From Rebecca billardiae RCC1528 (taxonomy: Eukaryota; Protista; Haptophyta): a stretch of DNA of 64,000 bases. A program made the translations under genes and the position numbers. Location of the stretch: the NCBI GenBank assembly GCA_965240325.2, contig OZ251227.1, positions 186,001 to 250,000 on the forward strand, in the 5' to 3' direction. Under the pieces are notes generated by a model that was not told where the DNA came from, made no database searches, and saw only the letters and a list, made by a program, of their open reading frames with translations. This document shows positions 23,839-37,514 of this stretch, piece after piece (the first letter of the stretch is position 1; every line of letters starts with the position of its first letter).

Positions 23839-24837
23839 TCAAGCGCCTCGCGGCGCCGCGCAATCCGCTTCGTACGCGCGCTGCGCTGCCTCGGCGGCGT
23901 CCGGCCGTGCGTCAGGCGGCAGCCGCGGCTCGTACGCGCGCTCGTGCAGCCAGAGCTGCGCGATCCACTTCTCGCCCTGGAGGACGGGCTCGCCGGCGTG
24001 CAGCGTGCGATCGTCTGGCGTGCCGTCCGCCGCCGCCGGGAAGAAGAGGAGCGCGCGCCCCTTGCGCGGCTGCACGCTCAGCGACGGCTGGCCCGCGGCC
24101 GAGAGGTCGCGGAACGCGGTGCCGCCGCCCGCGGGCACGTCGCACAGGTACACAAGGAGGGTGGCGAGCCGCTGCCCGCCGTTCTCGAGCTGCGCCTTCG
24201 GCACCTCGTCGAAGTGCCAGCCGAAGCGCTGCCCTACGCGGTACCGCACGATCTGCGGCTCCTCGAGCGTCGAGGGCGCAACGCCCGTGAGCTCGCACAC
24301 GCGGCCGACGAGCTCGGGCACTTCGGTGTGATGGACGTACCACGTGGTCGAGGTGCGCGCGGAGGCGGTGAGCGCCGAGAACGTCGCGGACTGCACCTCG
24401 TACGCTTCGCCCGATCTCGCCAGCTCCATCAGCCGGTCGCACTCGGCGTGCGGCATGAAGTCGTCCACCACCAGGACGGCCGGGTCGAGGTGGAGCAGCC
24501 GCGCGCTCTTGGAGGGCGGCGGCTCGAGCGAGGGCAGGGACTGGCGGAGCCAGCCCTCGGGCGCCTTCGTCGCCGCGGCGCCCTCCGGCATGTGCTTCTT
24601 GTGCACGCGCACCGCGTCGCGCCGCTCGGGCGGCGGGAAGATGCCCGCCGCGAGCTCGCGGTCGGCAATCTCGTACGGCTCGAAGTGAGACTTTTGCTTC
24701 TTGGCGCCAAGGAGCTGCGCGTGCGCGCGGAGCACGCGCGGCGCGAGGCTGAACGGCGACCCGCCCGTCCACGCCCCCACCTGCGCCGCCGTCGCCAAGG
24801 ACGCGACAACGACGACGAGCCGATGTCTCGCCGCCAT
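23839..24837 (-). CDS. Prolyl 4-hydroxylase-like 2OG-Fe(II) oxygenase
   Basis: EEPQIVRY...WHFDE, RLATLLVYL, GGGTAF, PRKGRALLF, TLHAGEPV..GEKWIA; signal-peptide-like leader. Confidence 0.88.
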   Translation of the reverse strand: MAARHRLVVVVASLATAAQVGAWTGGSPFSLAPRVLRAHAQLLGAKKQKSHFEPYEIADRELAAGIFPPPERRDAVRVHKKHMPEGAAATKAPEGWLRQSLPSLEPPPSKSARLLHLDPAVLVVDDFMPHAECDRLMELARSGEAYEVQSATFSALTASARTSTTWYVHHTEVPELVGRVCELTGVAPSTLEEPQIVRYRVGQRFGWHFDEVPKAQLENGGQRLATLLVYLCDVPAGGGTAFRDLSAAGQPSLSVQPRKGRALLFFPAAADGTPDDRTLHAGEPVLQGEKWIAQLWLHERAYEPRLPPDARPDAAEAAQRAYEADCAAPRGA

Positions 24838-24996
24838 CGCTGGCCCGCGACCGTGCGAACACGCGGCGCTCGCCGACCCTGGAAGCCCGTCGTCGCTCTC
24901 GGCCAAGTACTTACGTCGACGAAACCGCAGCACTGTCAAGGGGTTGGCTGGACGGCTCGAGACGCCGCGGCGTCGGTCGTCGCCGAGAACGCGGCG

Positions 24997-26302
24997 ATGG
25001 TGGCGCCAGTCTGGCTCGTCGCGTGCCTGCACGTCGCCTCGGCGGCGACAGGCGCGCCAGCGCGCAGCGCCCTCGTCCTGCGGCCGGCGAGGCTCGCACG
25101 CGCGCGCCCGTGCCTCAGCGAGCCGCCCGCCTCGCCCGAAGAGCCTGCGCCGTCGCAGCCCGAGTCGGGCGAGCTCTCAGTGCCGATGACTCTGAAAACG
25201 CCGAGCGCGACCGGCCGGACGATGCACGAGCCGGACAACACGGCGGCGATGCGGTGGCGAGCGGGCGACGCGTCGTATGCCCTCTTCACCCTGCTGGCGC
25301 TCCTCCTCGTCGCCCTCAAGACCGGGCTGCTCGACAAGTTTGGCAAGGGCGTGCTCTCGCCGCTCATCGGCCGGCCGTTCGGCCGCGCGTGGGGCCGGGT
25401 GCGCACGGTGCGCGAGGTGCTCAAGGCGCTCAAGGAGGCGGAGGCGGCGGCGCCGCAGGGCGCCGAGATCCGCGTCGACGCCGCCACGCTCAAGGAGGCG
25501 CTCACGGAGGCCACGCCCGCGCCGACGCCGCCGCCCGCCGGCGGCGCCGGCTCGGATGCCGACGCTGCGCCGCCCGCCGCCTCCTTCATCGAGCGCTCGC
25601 CCGAGGCGCCGGGTCCGGCGGGTCCGGCGGGCGAGGCTGCGGCCCCAGCCGCGCCGACGCCGCCCGCCGACGCCCCGCCCGAGCCCTCCGCCATGCTCAC
25701 CGCCGAGCTCAAGGCCGAGCTGCGCGCGCGCGACGTGCCGTGCGGCGGCATCTTTGACCGGCGCGAGCTCGAAGGGCTGCTGAGCGATGCGCGCGCGCGC
25801 GGCGCGGGGGAGGAGCGGCTCGCGGCCGCGGCGGGGGCGGAGGCGGGGCGGAGCGCGACGGCGGCGACGGCTGACGCCGACGTGGACGTGGACGAGAACC
25901 AGCTGCGTCAGATGCTGAAGAGCATGCCCGGTGCGTAAGCGCGCGGAAACGGGCGGGTTGGGACGCGAGCGCTGGGACGCGAGCGCGGCGCGCGGCGTGC
26001 GCCGCGCCCTGTGCGCCGCGAGCGCGGGCTCACACGCGCAGCGCTTGACCTGCACATGGCGCCGCGCGGTAGGCGGCGATGCGGTGGACGTGGACGAGGC
26101 GGTCGCGACCATGCAGCGCGCCATGGCCGACCCGCAGGCGCTCTCCGTGCTGCAGGACGTGGCGACGAACCCAAAGTGCATGCAGGCGATGCACGAGCTC
26201 GCCACGCACGGCGACGCCGCGTATGCCAAGTATGCCAACGACCCCGAGGTGATGGAGGCGCTGTCGAAGCTGACGACCGTACTCGCCCCCGGCAGCAAGT
26301 GA
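24997..26302 (+). CDS. Probable plastid-targeted TM protein with C-terminal STI1 (Hop/Tic40-type) domain (intron 25931-26072)
   Basis: Signal plus Arg/Ala-rich leader, TM helix YALFTLLALLLVAL, ELKAELRARDV module, AMADP...NPK...YANDPEVMEALSKL. Confidence 0.7.
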
Positions 26303-27229
26303 CGCGCACAGCTGGGGGCGTGCTGTGCGCCGCGCGCCAAAAGGCCTCAGCCGGTGCTTGCCCAGGCCTGGGGCCAGGGCCCGCCCGGCGCGTTGCGACC
26401 GCCATAATCACGTTCGGACCTGGAAGTGCCAGCGGGCACGGTCACGTACTGCGCCCGGCGCAACTGGACTTTTTGGATGAGCAGAGGACCGGAATCTGAC
26501 GAGTGGGCCCTGATTTGGCCTCAACTCCTCGACTGCCTCGACGCGGCCTGCTGTGGCCTCATCATCGGACTAGTCTGATACTCTTCGCTGCCGCCGTCCC
26601 AGGCCGGGGCCGCACGCCTTAGTAACTCTGTCGCCTTCCGACAGACCGACACGAATTCTGACTACAACGGGTCAAGGACTAAGGAGTCCTAGTGAAGGTC
26701 TGAAGGAGATTAGGAGTAATAACCTTATTTAAATTGGACAAGTACACGCGCAAACACCTTAACATGGCGCCTGCCTTCAGCAGCACAAACTACTGGCACT
26801 GTAATGGGCCCCACTAACTACTCTCAGTAAGTAGTCTCACGTGGTGGGCTGGTGAGTGGTGGCCATAGCCCATAGCCGCTATCGTCACTCTATAATATAT
26901 CACCCATGGCCCCGCCGCATACTCCGCATAGCCGCCCCGGCGGCCCGCGCGCGGACGCGCGCCGCGCCCGCGGGGCCCTGGCGCCCTCGGCCTCGGGCGG
27001 CACTGCGCGCCTTCCTGAGTTCCGAGCGGCGGGCACGCGGGCACATCGGCGGGCCGCTGGCTGGTCGGCGGAGGCGACGGCCCGGGCGCCGCAGCGGAGT
27101 GATGAGTACTAGCGGCGGTCCGACCGGCAGGCGGACGTGTGCCCCACTCGACCGACTCCGCAGCCCCGGCGACGCGCACGACTCCGACTCGTCTTTCCGT
27201 TTCGTTATATATAGCTATATATATATATT

Positions 27230-29425
27230 ATGGCCCGCGGTGTAGGGCGGAGCGCGTAGCGTGGAGCCCCGCCGGGGGCCCTCACTACGTTGTCAAAAAG
27301 ATCTTTTGATCAAAGAAAAGGGGACGGGGGACGATTTTGAGGGGTGTTGGAGGGTGAGTTTTCGCTTTTTCGAGGGGTACGTTGGCCCATAGTGCTCTGC
27401 ATTAGCAACTACGCGCTTGACGAAATAAGCGCGCCCACGCCATTCCGCATAAGTCGATGGACGGACGTGGGATCAGATACCCCGGGGGTGAAACAAGTGA
27501 GTATTTTTGTCATTCTTGTATGCTGGAGTACGAGTTTGCCGAGCGACGTTTGATTGTTTTGGGTCGAAAACAGCTATGAGGCCAGATGCTTCTGAATATC
27601 GCTTTGTTTAAACACCTACCCGCCTGTCTCGATGGATGAACCGCCTTATAATATTAAAAGAGATCCTTTTGAATAGCGCTTGTTCAACCACATTACCCGC
27701 CTGCCTCGATGGATGAACCGCCTGTGCACTAATGTTAAACGAGATTCTTTCAGAATGGCGCCTATGGCGGCTTGTTAAAACGTAACAAGTTGCCCGCCTA
27801 CAAACCGGGCCTAAGCGCAACCTTTTGAAAGTGCATGTTGATGTGCATGGTCAGGGTCCTCCTCAACTACTGCATGTCGGCGTACTGCGTGCGCGCGCGG
27901 CGCGCTGCTATTTACCGATGCATCACTTGGTGCTGGAAACATAGGCCACACACTACGGGCACTTGGAAGTGATCAAGTTTTGCTACTTATTCACTAAACA
28001 GGAGCCGCCAGGCGCGCGCGCGGCCCCGTATATTTATTCGAACGAGCACGGAGGGTCTTTGCCCGAGCGTCTAGCGAGTAGCGAGCGAGTCCCCACGGCT
28101 GCTCGCTCGCTCGTTCGCGTTCGTCGCTGCGGCGCCCTGGCCGGGGACGTGCGTGTCGGCGCCGCGTACGCCGCGGTGCGCGCGCGGTGGCGGGAGCCGG
28201 CCGGCCGCTGGTCTCCCCCTCGCGCTCTGCTCTCGCCCTCGCGCTCCGCTCCGACGGCTCTCCCCGAGGCGTCGCGCGCGTCTCGGTCCGCGGTCTCGCC
28301 TCAGAGTCTCGCCAGGCCGTGCCGACGGCGCGCACACAGCGCCCCGCTGCAAAGCATGCGCGACGAGATCGCGGCGGGGGCGGCGAGATCGCGGCGGAGG
28401 CGGCGGTCAACAGCCTGCCCGCGGGCGCGTTCGTCGCTCGAGGAGGAGCGCGCAAGGGCGAGCCGAGTCCGGAGCACGCTCACGAGCTCGTTGGCGACGC
28501 CTTGAGGATCGGAGCGCGCCCGGAGCCACGCAGCGGAGATGAGCCGGATGCGCCCGGAGTTCGCGCAGCTGAAGGGCGAGCTCGAGCACGCGAGCTCGCT
28601 CCTCGACGCCGAGCGCGAGCTCCTCCTCAACTCGGTCGACGGCGACACTGATGCCATAGACTAGAGAGGCCGTGCTGCATGCCAGCACGTGTGCGCGGAG
28701 GCGCTGTGCGCCGAGCTGGCGAAGCGCGGCGCCGAGCTCGACGCGCTGCGCGACGCGGCGACGGACGCGCTGGGCGCGCGCGGCGCCCTCGTCGCGACGC
28801 CCCGTGCAGCAGCTCGAGCAGCCAGCTGTGGAGTAGACGGCCGTCGAGGCGATCGGCGCCGGTTGAGCGCGCACCGCCGCGCACGGGCTCCGACTGCCTG
28901 CAGCTGGCTGGCCGCCGCCGTCTTCGAGGCCGCCGACGCGGCGGAGGAGGCGGCGGGCGAGCACGGCGGCGCGGTGGAGCAGGCGCGCACGCGCGGCGGC
29001 AGGCGCGACGCCCCGCTCGCCTCGTTCCACCCCGAGCTCCCGCTCGGTCTCGGTGCGCGGCTGCGCAGCGGCAGGCCGGGGCAGCCGCGTGGCGCGCGCT
29101 CTCGCTCTGCCGGCACGAGGCGAGCCGGCTGAGCGACCAGCGGCCCGTCGTCGAGCGCATGGCGCAGCGCGAGCACCTCAAGCAGGTGCGCCCGCACGCG
29201 CGCACGCGCCGGCCCGCGCCACGGCGGCCGCTTCCCCGCGCGGCCCGGGCGGCGCGTCGGCGTCGGCGACAGTGACTCGGCCCGCCGGCCCGGTGGGCGG
29301 CAACTGAGTTGGCGGTGGCAGCTCAGGCGACTGTTACGCATGTCAGACTGACAGCAGCCGACGGAGGGTACACCGCGGGCCCCTAACTGCGTTGGTTCTA
29401 CGGAAGGACCGCGGAACGCGGTCAT
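27230..29425 (+). mobile_element. Non-autonomous Helentron/Helitron2-like element B with captured gene fragment
   Basis: 13-bp IR GGCCCGCGGTGTA (27232-27244 / 29369-29381), then hairpin GACCGCG-gaa-CGCGGTC (29407-29423) and ATT; termini shared with 58268-59561. Confidence 0.8.
28337..29190 (+). pseudogene. Frameshifted coiled-coil-like gene fragment carried in element B
   Basis: Host-like codons (e.g. AQLKGELEHASSLLDAERELLLNSV; ALCAELAKRGAELDALRDAA) broken by stops and frameshifts. Confidence 0.5.
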
Positions 29426-29699
29426 TTAGAACGGCCGCGACTTAGTAATACGGTATGTTACATCATACTTATATTGGATCGTCAGTAGATCAGGCGGCGG
29501 CCTCAGCACTCGTCGGTCATCAACTTTGGCGACGCCGCCCATGATCCCGCATCCGAGATCGGAGATGTGGCATCCGGTCCGTCTAGCAGCAGTAGTCTGT
29601 AAAATGAAGACTCACAGAAGAGTACGAAGCCAAAGGGTGCCCGAGGCTGCGCGGCGACGTCAATCGTAGTCAGCGCGTAGACCGTATCCGTCTCTGTAG

Positions 29700-30761
29700 T
29701 CACGCCGGCATGCGGGCACTGAGCCTGAGGTCCGCTGCCGCCCGCAGGCCACGCCAGCACAGCCTCTGGGCCACCTTGTGCTTGCGGTGGGCATATGAGT
29801 CGTTGTGCTTGTACGACTCGTACACGCACGCGCGCGCATGAGGCGTGCCGGGCGGCGTGCGCAGCGCGCGCACGGACAGCGCGACGCGCAGGTCGGTGCG
29901 GCGCGCCGGAGCGGTCGCGTGCAGCACGTCGCCCCGCAGCAGCAGCGCGTCGCCCACCTCCAGCTGCGGCTCGACCCGCCCGTCGAGGAAGCTTGGCGGG
30001 AGCCTCCTTGTGACGCCGCGCATGCAGATGCTGTCGTGCTCCTCATAGGCAAAGGCGGCAGCGGAGCCAGGCGTGGCGGCCGCCTGGCTGTTGGGCGCAT
30101 CCGGGCGGCGCAGGTAGAAGCGCGAGCAGTGCCGCTGCAGTGTGGGCAGCAGCTCGCGTGGCGTCGCAGAGAAGGGCAGCAGCTGCAGGTTGGCATCATC
30201 TGCGTGCGGCTTCAGCAGCGGAAGGTACACGTTGAGGAACTGGTCGGCAGTCTCGTCGAGCGGGTGCCACGCGTACGAGAGATCGGTGTGCCACGCGTAC
30301 GTGTCGGGTCCCTTACCCAGCCGGCGCACCACCGGGTTCGACCGAGCGCCCACGTGGAAGTACATCGACGCGTACGGCGTGCAGTTTCTGTATGGGGGTA
30401 TGGCGGCCAAGCTGTCCGGCGCCATCTGCGTGCGCCGCGACGCGCGGATGGCGGCGAGCAGCGCGCGGATGGCGGCGTGTACCCCCTGCATCTCGGGCGG
30501 ATCGGTGGCGTACGTCCCCGGCCCGGGCGTGTTCACTACGTTCGCCTCCCAGTGGCGTGCCAACGTGCCGCCCCAGATGGTCGCGTCCCCTCTCACAAAG
30601 CTCTTGAGCACGATGTAGCCGTGCGTGTCGAGGTCAGCCCAGTCGGGGAGGCGCGATGGCCAGTCCGCGTCGTCGACGGCGTACCACCACGTCGCGTCCC
30701 CAGTCACCGCCACCGCGCAGGCGAGCAGCGCGGCGGCGCGGGTACATCGCTTTGCCGCCAT
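29700..30761 (-). CDS. PhyH-like 2OG-Fe(II) dioxygenase with signal peptide
   Basis: HGYIVLKSF, AWHTD, LNVYLPL, GDALLLRGDVLHAT...RVALSVR. Confidence 0.8.
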   Translation of the reverse strand: MAAKRCTRAAALLACAVAVTGDATWWYAVDDADWPSRLPDWADLDTHGYIVLKSFVRGDATIWGGTLARHWEANVVNTPGPGTYATDPPEMQGVHAAIRALLAAIRASRRTQMAPDSLAAIPPYRNCTPYASMYFHVGARSNPVVRRLGKGPDTYAWHTDLSYAWHPLDETADQFLNVYLPLLKPHADDANLQLLPFSATPRELLPTLQRHCSRFYLRRPDAPNSQAAATPGSAAAFAYEEHDSICMRGVTRRLPPSFLDGRVEPQLEVGDALLLRGDVLHATAPARRTDLRVALSVRALRTPPGTPHARACVYESYKHNDSYAHRKHKVAQRLCWRGLRAAADLRLSARMPA

Positions 30762-30850
30762 CGTGGCTTGGTGTGCACCAATCTTGGCCCAGCCGTGCTC
30801 ACAAAATCGGTGCATCAATAAGCAAACAATACCATAGTACGGGCGTCAAT

Positions 30851-30897
30851 CTCGCCTGCCTGAGCTGTGTGCGTCTCTTATTCTTAGTAAACTGTAC
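30851..30897 (-). repeat. 47-bp dispersed element in divergent-promoter region
   Basis: Inverted copy of 10117-10163. Confidence 0.85.
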
Positions 30898-31054
30898 CCC
30901 CATACCGCGCGAGCTGTGGTTACGCAAACCGCCTTGGCCCGCGCAAGGGTGGCCCGCGGCCGCCGAGCCCGAGAGCGCGACACCGCCATTGTCACCGCTC
31001 CGTCCAGCCGCACGCCCGTCGATCCCCTTCAGCTTTGCGGAGGCCGTGTGCGCC

Positions 31055-33537
<2,483 letters not shown>

Positions 33538-34058
33538 CGAACTCGGTCGATCACTCACGGATCAGGGCACGCCTGCTTGTTTGACCCGACTCACTCAAGC
33601 AGAGCAATCGCCCAGGCTCGGGCCAGCCGGCCCGGCACGCCGGCGCCGCCGGCCAGTGCCGGGCCCGGTGGCCTGCGGCGGCGCTGGCCGCTCGACCGGC
33701 CGCGCCGCGGCGCGGCCCTGGGCCTGGCGGCCTGGCCCGCGGCCCGGGCCCCGTCCCCGCCTCCGAGCCCGCGCGGCCCTCCGGCTCCGGGCCCCGCTCG
33801 TATATATATAGCGCATCAATGGTATTTACGGCCGCGCACTACTATGCGGTGGCGCCGGTCAGCAATATATATCTATATAGATATAGTTACATCGTCAGCA
33901 GTGACGCTGAGCTCAACATTACCTCAACCTCAATGACACTAATCACGGCAGGGTAGTTTGATCGAGCCCCAGGTGTACCGGCGCCGGCGCGGAGGTGCTG
34001 AAGCTGGGACGGCTCTGCCGAGTCTGCGTAGGCGGCCGCCTAGCTTGGCGTCGTCCTT

Positions 34059-34898
34059 TCACGATGCTTCCCTCTGCCGCGGCCGCTGCTGCCCGCCCTT
34101 GATCTGCGCAAAGATGCTGTCGAGTGACACGGCGCCGTGATCCTGCCTGTAAGAACCATTGGCGCGGTCGGTCGCGCGCCCTGCGTCAGCGGCATCGCCG
34201 CACCGCGCTCGTCTCGAGACGGCCCCAGCCGTCGTCGCCATCTTCCGCCCATCTGCGAGGGATGGCGAAGCCGGGCGCTTGAGCGGTACCCCACGGGTGC
34301 TTTTCGGTGCGGCCTGGCGCGCGGGCTCGACCTTGACTTCGAAGGCGAACTCGTCCACGTCGCCCGCGTCCGATGCTGCGGGCGCCGCCGGCAAAGGCGG
34401 CGCTGGCGTGCACTGCGCTTGCGGCAGTTCGCAAGGGGAACGGCCACCGTCCACGCCCTGAGGCGGCAGGTGCGCGACAGGCTGGCAGGGGTTGGGCGCT
34501 TCTGAGGCAGGCTGCGCGACTGTGAGCGACTCGGCCGCCGCCATCTGCACCGGACGGTGCACGACCCACGCGCCAAATTTATCATCGCCGAAGAGTCGAC
34601 GAGCCGTCGCCTCGTCCTTCACTGTGAGCGTCACCAGGTCGCCGTCTCGCAGCTCGACGGCCTTGTGCTCGGGAATGCGCGCACCATTCACGAAGACACC
34701 ATTCCTCGACGTGTCGACGATGCCGTCGGCCTCGAGGCGGAAGTGCTGAGTCGAGAAGCGCGAGTCGAGCAGCACCGCCTGAGCTGAGCGCGAGCGACCC
34801 GCAACCATGCCCGGCCCCAGATCGGGTAGCGCGCTGTTCAGCGATCGCAGGCGGAGCGGCTGGGCTGGCAACGAGCTGAGCGCGCCGGCGGGAGCCAT
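34059..34898 (-). CDS. FHA-domain protein; 3' end uncertain
   Basis: GRS...SRFSTQH...DTSRNGVFVNG...LRDGDLVTL. Confidence 0.8.
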   Translation of the reverse strand: MAPAGALSSLPAQPLRLRSLNSALPDLGPGMVAGRSRSAQAVLLDSRFSTQHFRLEADGIVDTSRNGVFVNGARIPEHKAVELRDGDLVTLTVKDEATARRLFGDDKFGAWVVHRPVQMAAAESLTVAQPASEAPNPCQPVAHLPPQGVDGGRSPCELPQAQCTPAPPLPAAPAASDAGDVDEFAFEVKVEPARQAAPKSTRGVPLKRPASPSLADGRKMATTAGAVSRRARCGDAADAGRATDRANGSYRQDHGAVSLDSIFAQIKGGQQRPRQREAS

Positions 34899-35148
34899 GG
34901 CGCCCGCGAGCTGCGCTGCAAGGAACGGCCCAGCTGGCACCTTCCAGACGTGCGTCGTGGGCGGGCCCGACGCTCGCAACCAACGGGTGACAGCGCGCAA
35001 GCACTCTGAACCAAAGGACCATCAAAAACTCAGCCCTGGCGGGCGGGGGGGTCGGCGGGCCGTGCCAGTGCTGTCGCAATATTTCCCCAGCGGGTTCGCG
35101 CCTTTTATTTATAATAGCGGTTTGACGGGCAGGATGACTACGAATAAC

Positions 35149-37110
35149 AATGGTTGTATAACCGCTCGGTTATGCGGGTATAACTCACCGGTAGCCCTCA
35201 TGAGGGCGGGCTGGCAGCCAGGGTCCGGCTGCCTGGAGGTTTTCCGGTCGTCAAGCCGAGCCAGGCCCGGATTGGGCGCGGGCCTGGATTGGCTCAGCAG
35301 CTTGGCAAGCGATGCGCGTCTGGGTGCGGCCGCGCTCGCTGGCTGCACCCGCGGCGCGGCGGCCGGCGTGGCTGCTCTGGTCACCGCTGCGCTGGTGGCT
35401 GCTCCTCCTCTGGGAGTTGTTTCTTCCAGGTGCGTGTGCGTCGGCGGTAGGCCGCCCTCAGCCCTCGCTCTCTCCACTCGTGCACCTGCCCTGCTTGCTC
35501 TCTGCTTTCGATGGGGGCGCCTCGGAGCCGCTTCGAGGCGTCCCCGTCTGCAATCTTCTCATGCTCTATCTGCTTTCGATGGGGGCGCCTCGGAGCCGCT
35601 TCGAGGCGTCCCCGTCTGCAATCTATCTTCTCATGCTCTGCTTTCGATGGGGGCGCCTCGGAGCCGCTTCGAGGCGTCCCCGTCTGCAATCTTCTCATGC
35701 TCTGCTTTCAATGGGGGCGCCTCGGAACCGCTTCGAGGCGTCCCCGTCTGCAATCTTCTCATGCTCTGCTTTCGATGGGGGCGCCTGGGAACCGCTCCCA
35801 GGCGTCCCAGTCTGCAATCTTCTCACGCTTCGCAGTCTCGCTTGCCTTCATCGCCTGGCGGGTGGGTGCTGCTCTCTCCTTCTCTGCCGCCTCCTCTGCA
35901 GTCTGCAGTGCACTGCTGTGTGTGGGATGCGACCTGCTACCTTATCTGACGCTACGCGTGCGTGTCTCGCGCCTGCTTCCCGCCTGCGCCGCCGCCGCCG
36001 CGCATGTTTTCGTGCCCACTGTCTCATGCCGTCTGGATCGTCCTTACTCATACAACCCTGCGGGGAGCCCCTCTGGGCCTCTGCCGCCTTCGGTCCTCGC
36101 GCTACCCCTTCGGCGGCCTCGGCCTCTTCGGGCCCCCTGCCACCACCCCTGCGGGGTGTGGCATTCCACACCTCCTTCTGGGTGGAGGCCCTCGAGGCCT
36201 CTGCCTCCTGCGGCGCCGCGCTCTGCCCAAACTTGCGTTGGGGGGGGGCGTCGGCTGCCAGCGCCTGCGGTCTACGTGCTCCATCGAGTACTTCCTCTTC
36301 GGCGTCTAGGCGGTCATCGGCTTCTGTCGGCGTAGTTGCTCGAATGCATCGGCGAGTCCTTCCTGGTCGGCGTCGCATCCTGGACGGCTTCGGGGGTGTG
36401 ACCTAGTCACCTCACGCGTTTATCAACGCGGCCCCCACCTCAATCTACTCTCATGTGGGTCTACCGAGTGAGTTATGGTTGTATAACCGCTCGGTTATGC
36501 GGGTATAACTCACCGGTAGCCCTCATGAGGGCGGGCTGGCAGCCAGGGTCCGGCTGCCTGGAGGTTTTCCGGTCGTCAAGCCGAGCCAGGCCCGGATTGG
36601 GCGCGGGCCTGGATTGGCTCAGCAGCTTGGCAAGCGATGCGCGTCTGGGTGCGGCCGCGCTCGCTGGCTGCACCCGCGGCGCGGCGGCCGGCGTGGCTGC
36701 TCTGGTCACCGCTGCGCTGGTGGCTGCTCCTCCTCTGGGAGTTGTTTCTCCCTGCCCTCCCACCCTGCTGGTTGCTGGGTGGGCATGGCCTTGGGTGCGC
36801 GCGGTGTCGGGGGGGTGGAGGCCCTCGAGGCCTCTGCCTCCTGCGGCGCCGCGCTCTGCCCAAACTTGCGTTGGGGGGGGGCGTCGGCTGCCAGCGCCTG
36901 CGGTCTACGTGCTCCATCGAGTACTTCCTCTTCGGAGTCTAGGCGGTCATCGGCTTCTGTCGGCGTAGTTGCTCGAATGCATCGGCGAGTCCTTCCTGGT
37001 CGGCGTCGCATCCTGGACGGCTTCGGGGGTGTGACCTAGTCACCTCACGCGTTTATCAACGCGGCCCCCACCTCAATCTACTCTCATGTGGGTCTACCGA
37101 GTGAGTTATG
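35149..37110 (-). mobile_element. Head-to-tail dimer of an unclassified element: long copy ~35151-36477 and internally deleted copy ~36477-37110
   Basis: Both copies begin GGTTGTATAACCGCTCGGTTATGCGGGTATAACTCACCGGTAGCCCTCATGAG and end CTCATGTGGGTCTACCGAGTGAGTTATG (imperfect asymmetric IR plus terminal hairpin). Confidence 0.8.
35499..35826. repeat. Five ~64-68-bp tandem units with internal stem-loop
   Basis: CTCTGCTTTCGATGGGGGCGCCTCGGAGCCGCTTCGAGGCGTCCCCGTCTGCAATCTTCTCATG repeated. Confidence 0.92.
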
Positions 37111-37406
37111 CGACATCATACCGAGATGATTGTGAGCTACCCGACTCACTGACGAATACTAACGCGACAGATGACTCTGGTGCGAGCTCAGCGACAGTGT
37201 GATTGCGCGTGTATTCCTGCACCCACTGTGCTACTCGTCATCGTGCCGAGCCGTCGACTGCGCGCACGCACTGCCAACTGATCAGGCGTGCGACGGCGGC
37301 GTGCTCGTGACGCGGTGAGTGAGTGACGCCGTCGCCTGACGGTGACGGTTTGTCCTCGGAGCTAAACATCAGTGCTGGTGGCGGAGTGTGATGTCATGAT
37401 TCATTT

Positions 37407-37446
37407 GCGTTCAGGTCGTCTGGACGGCGATGGACGACCTGAACGC
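37407..37446. other. 14-bp perfect hairpin; candidate 3' terminal hairpin of the RepHel element
   Basis: GCGTTCAGGTCGTC / GACGACCTGAACGC with 12-nt loop, ~70 bp beyond the RepHel stop. Confidence 0.55.
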
Positions 37447-37514
37447 GACGTGAATTCGTGACGAATAAGCCACGAATTGAAATTGTTTAAAGCTGTGATC
37501 ACCACAAAACGACG

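Noticed and set aside
35499-35826. Palindromic repeat array as CRISPR
   Set aside because: Units are contiguous with no unique spacers
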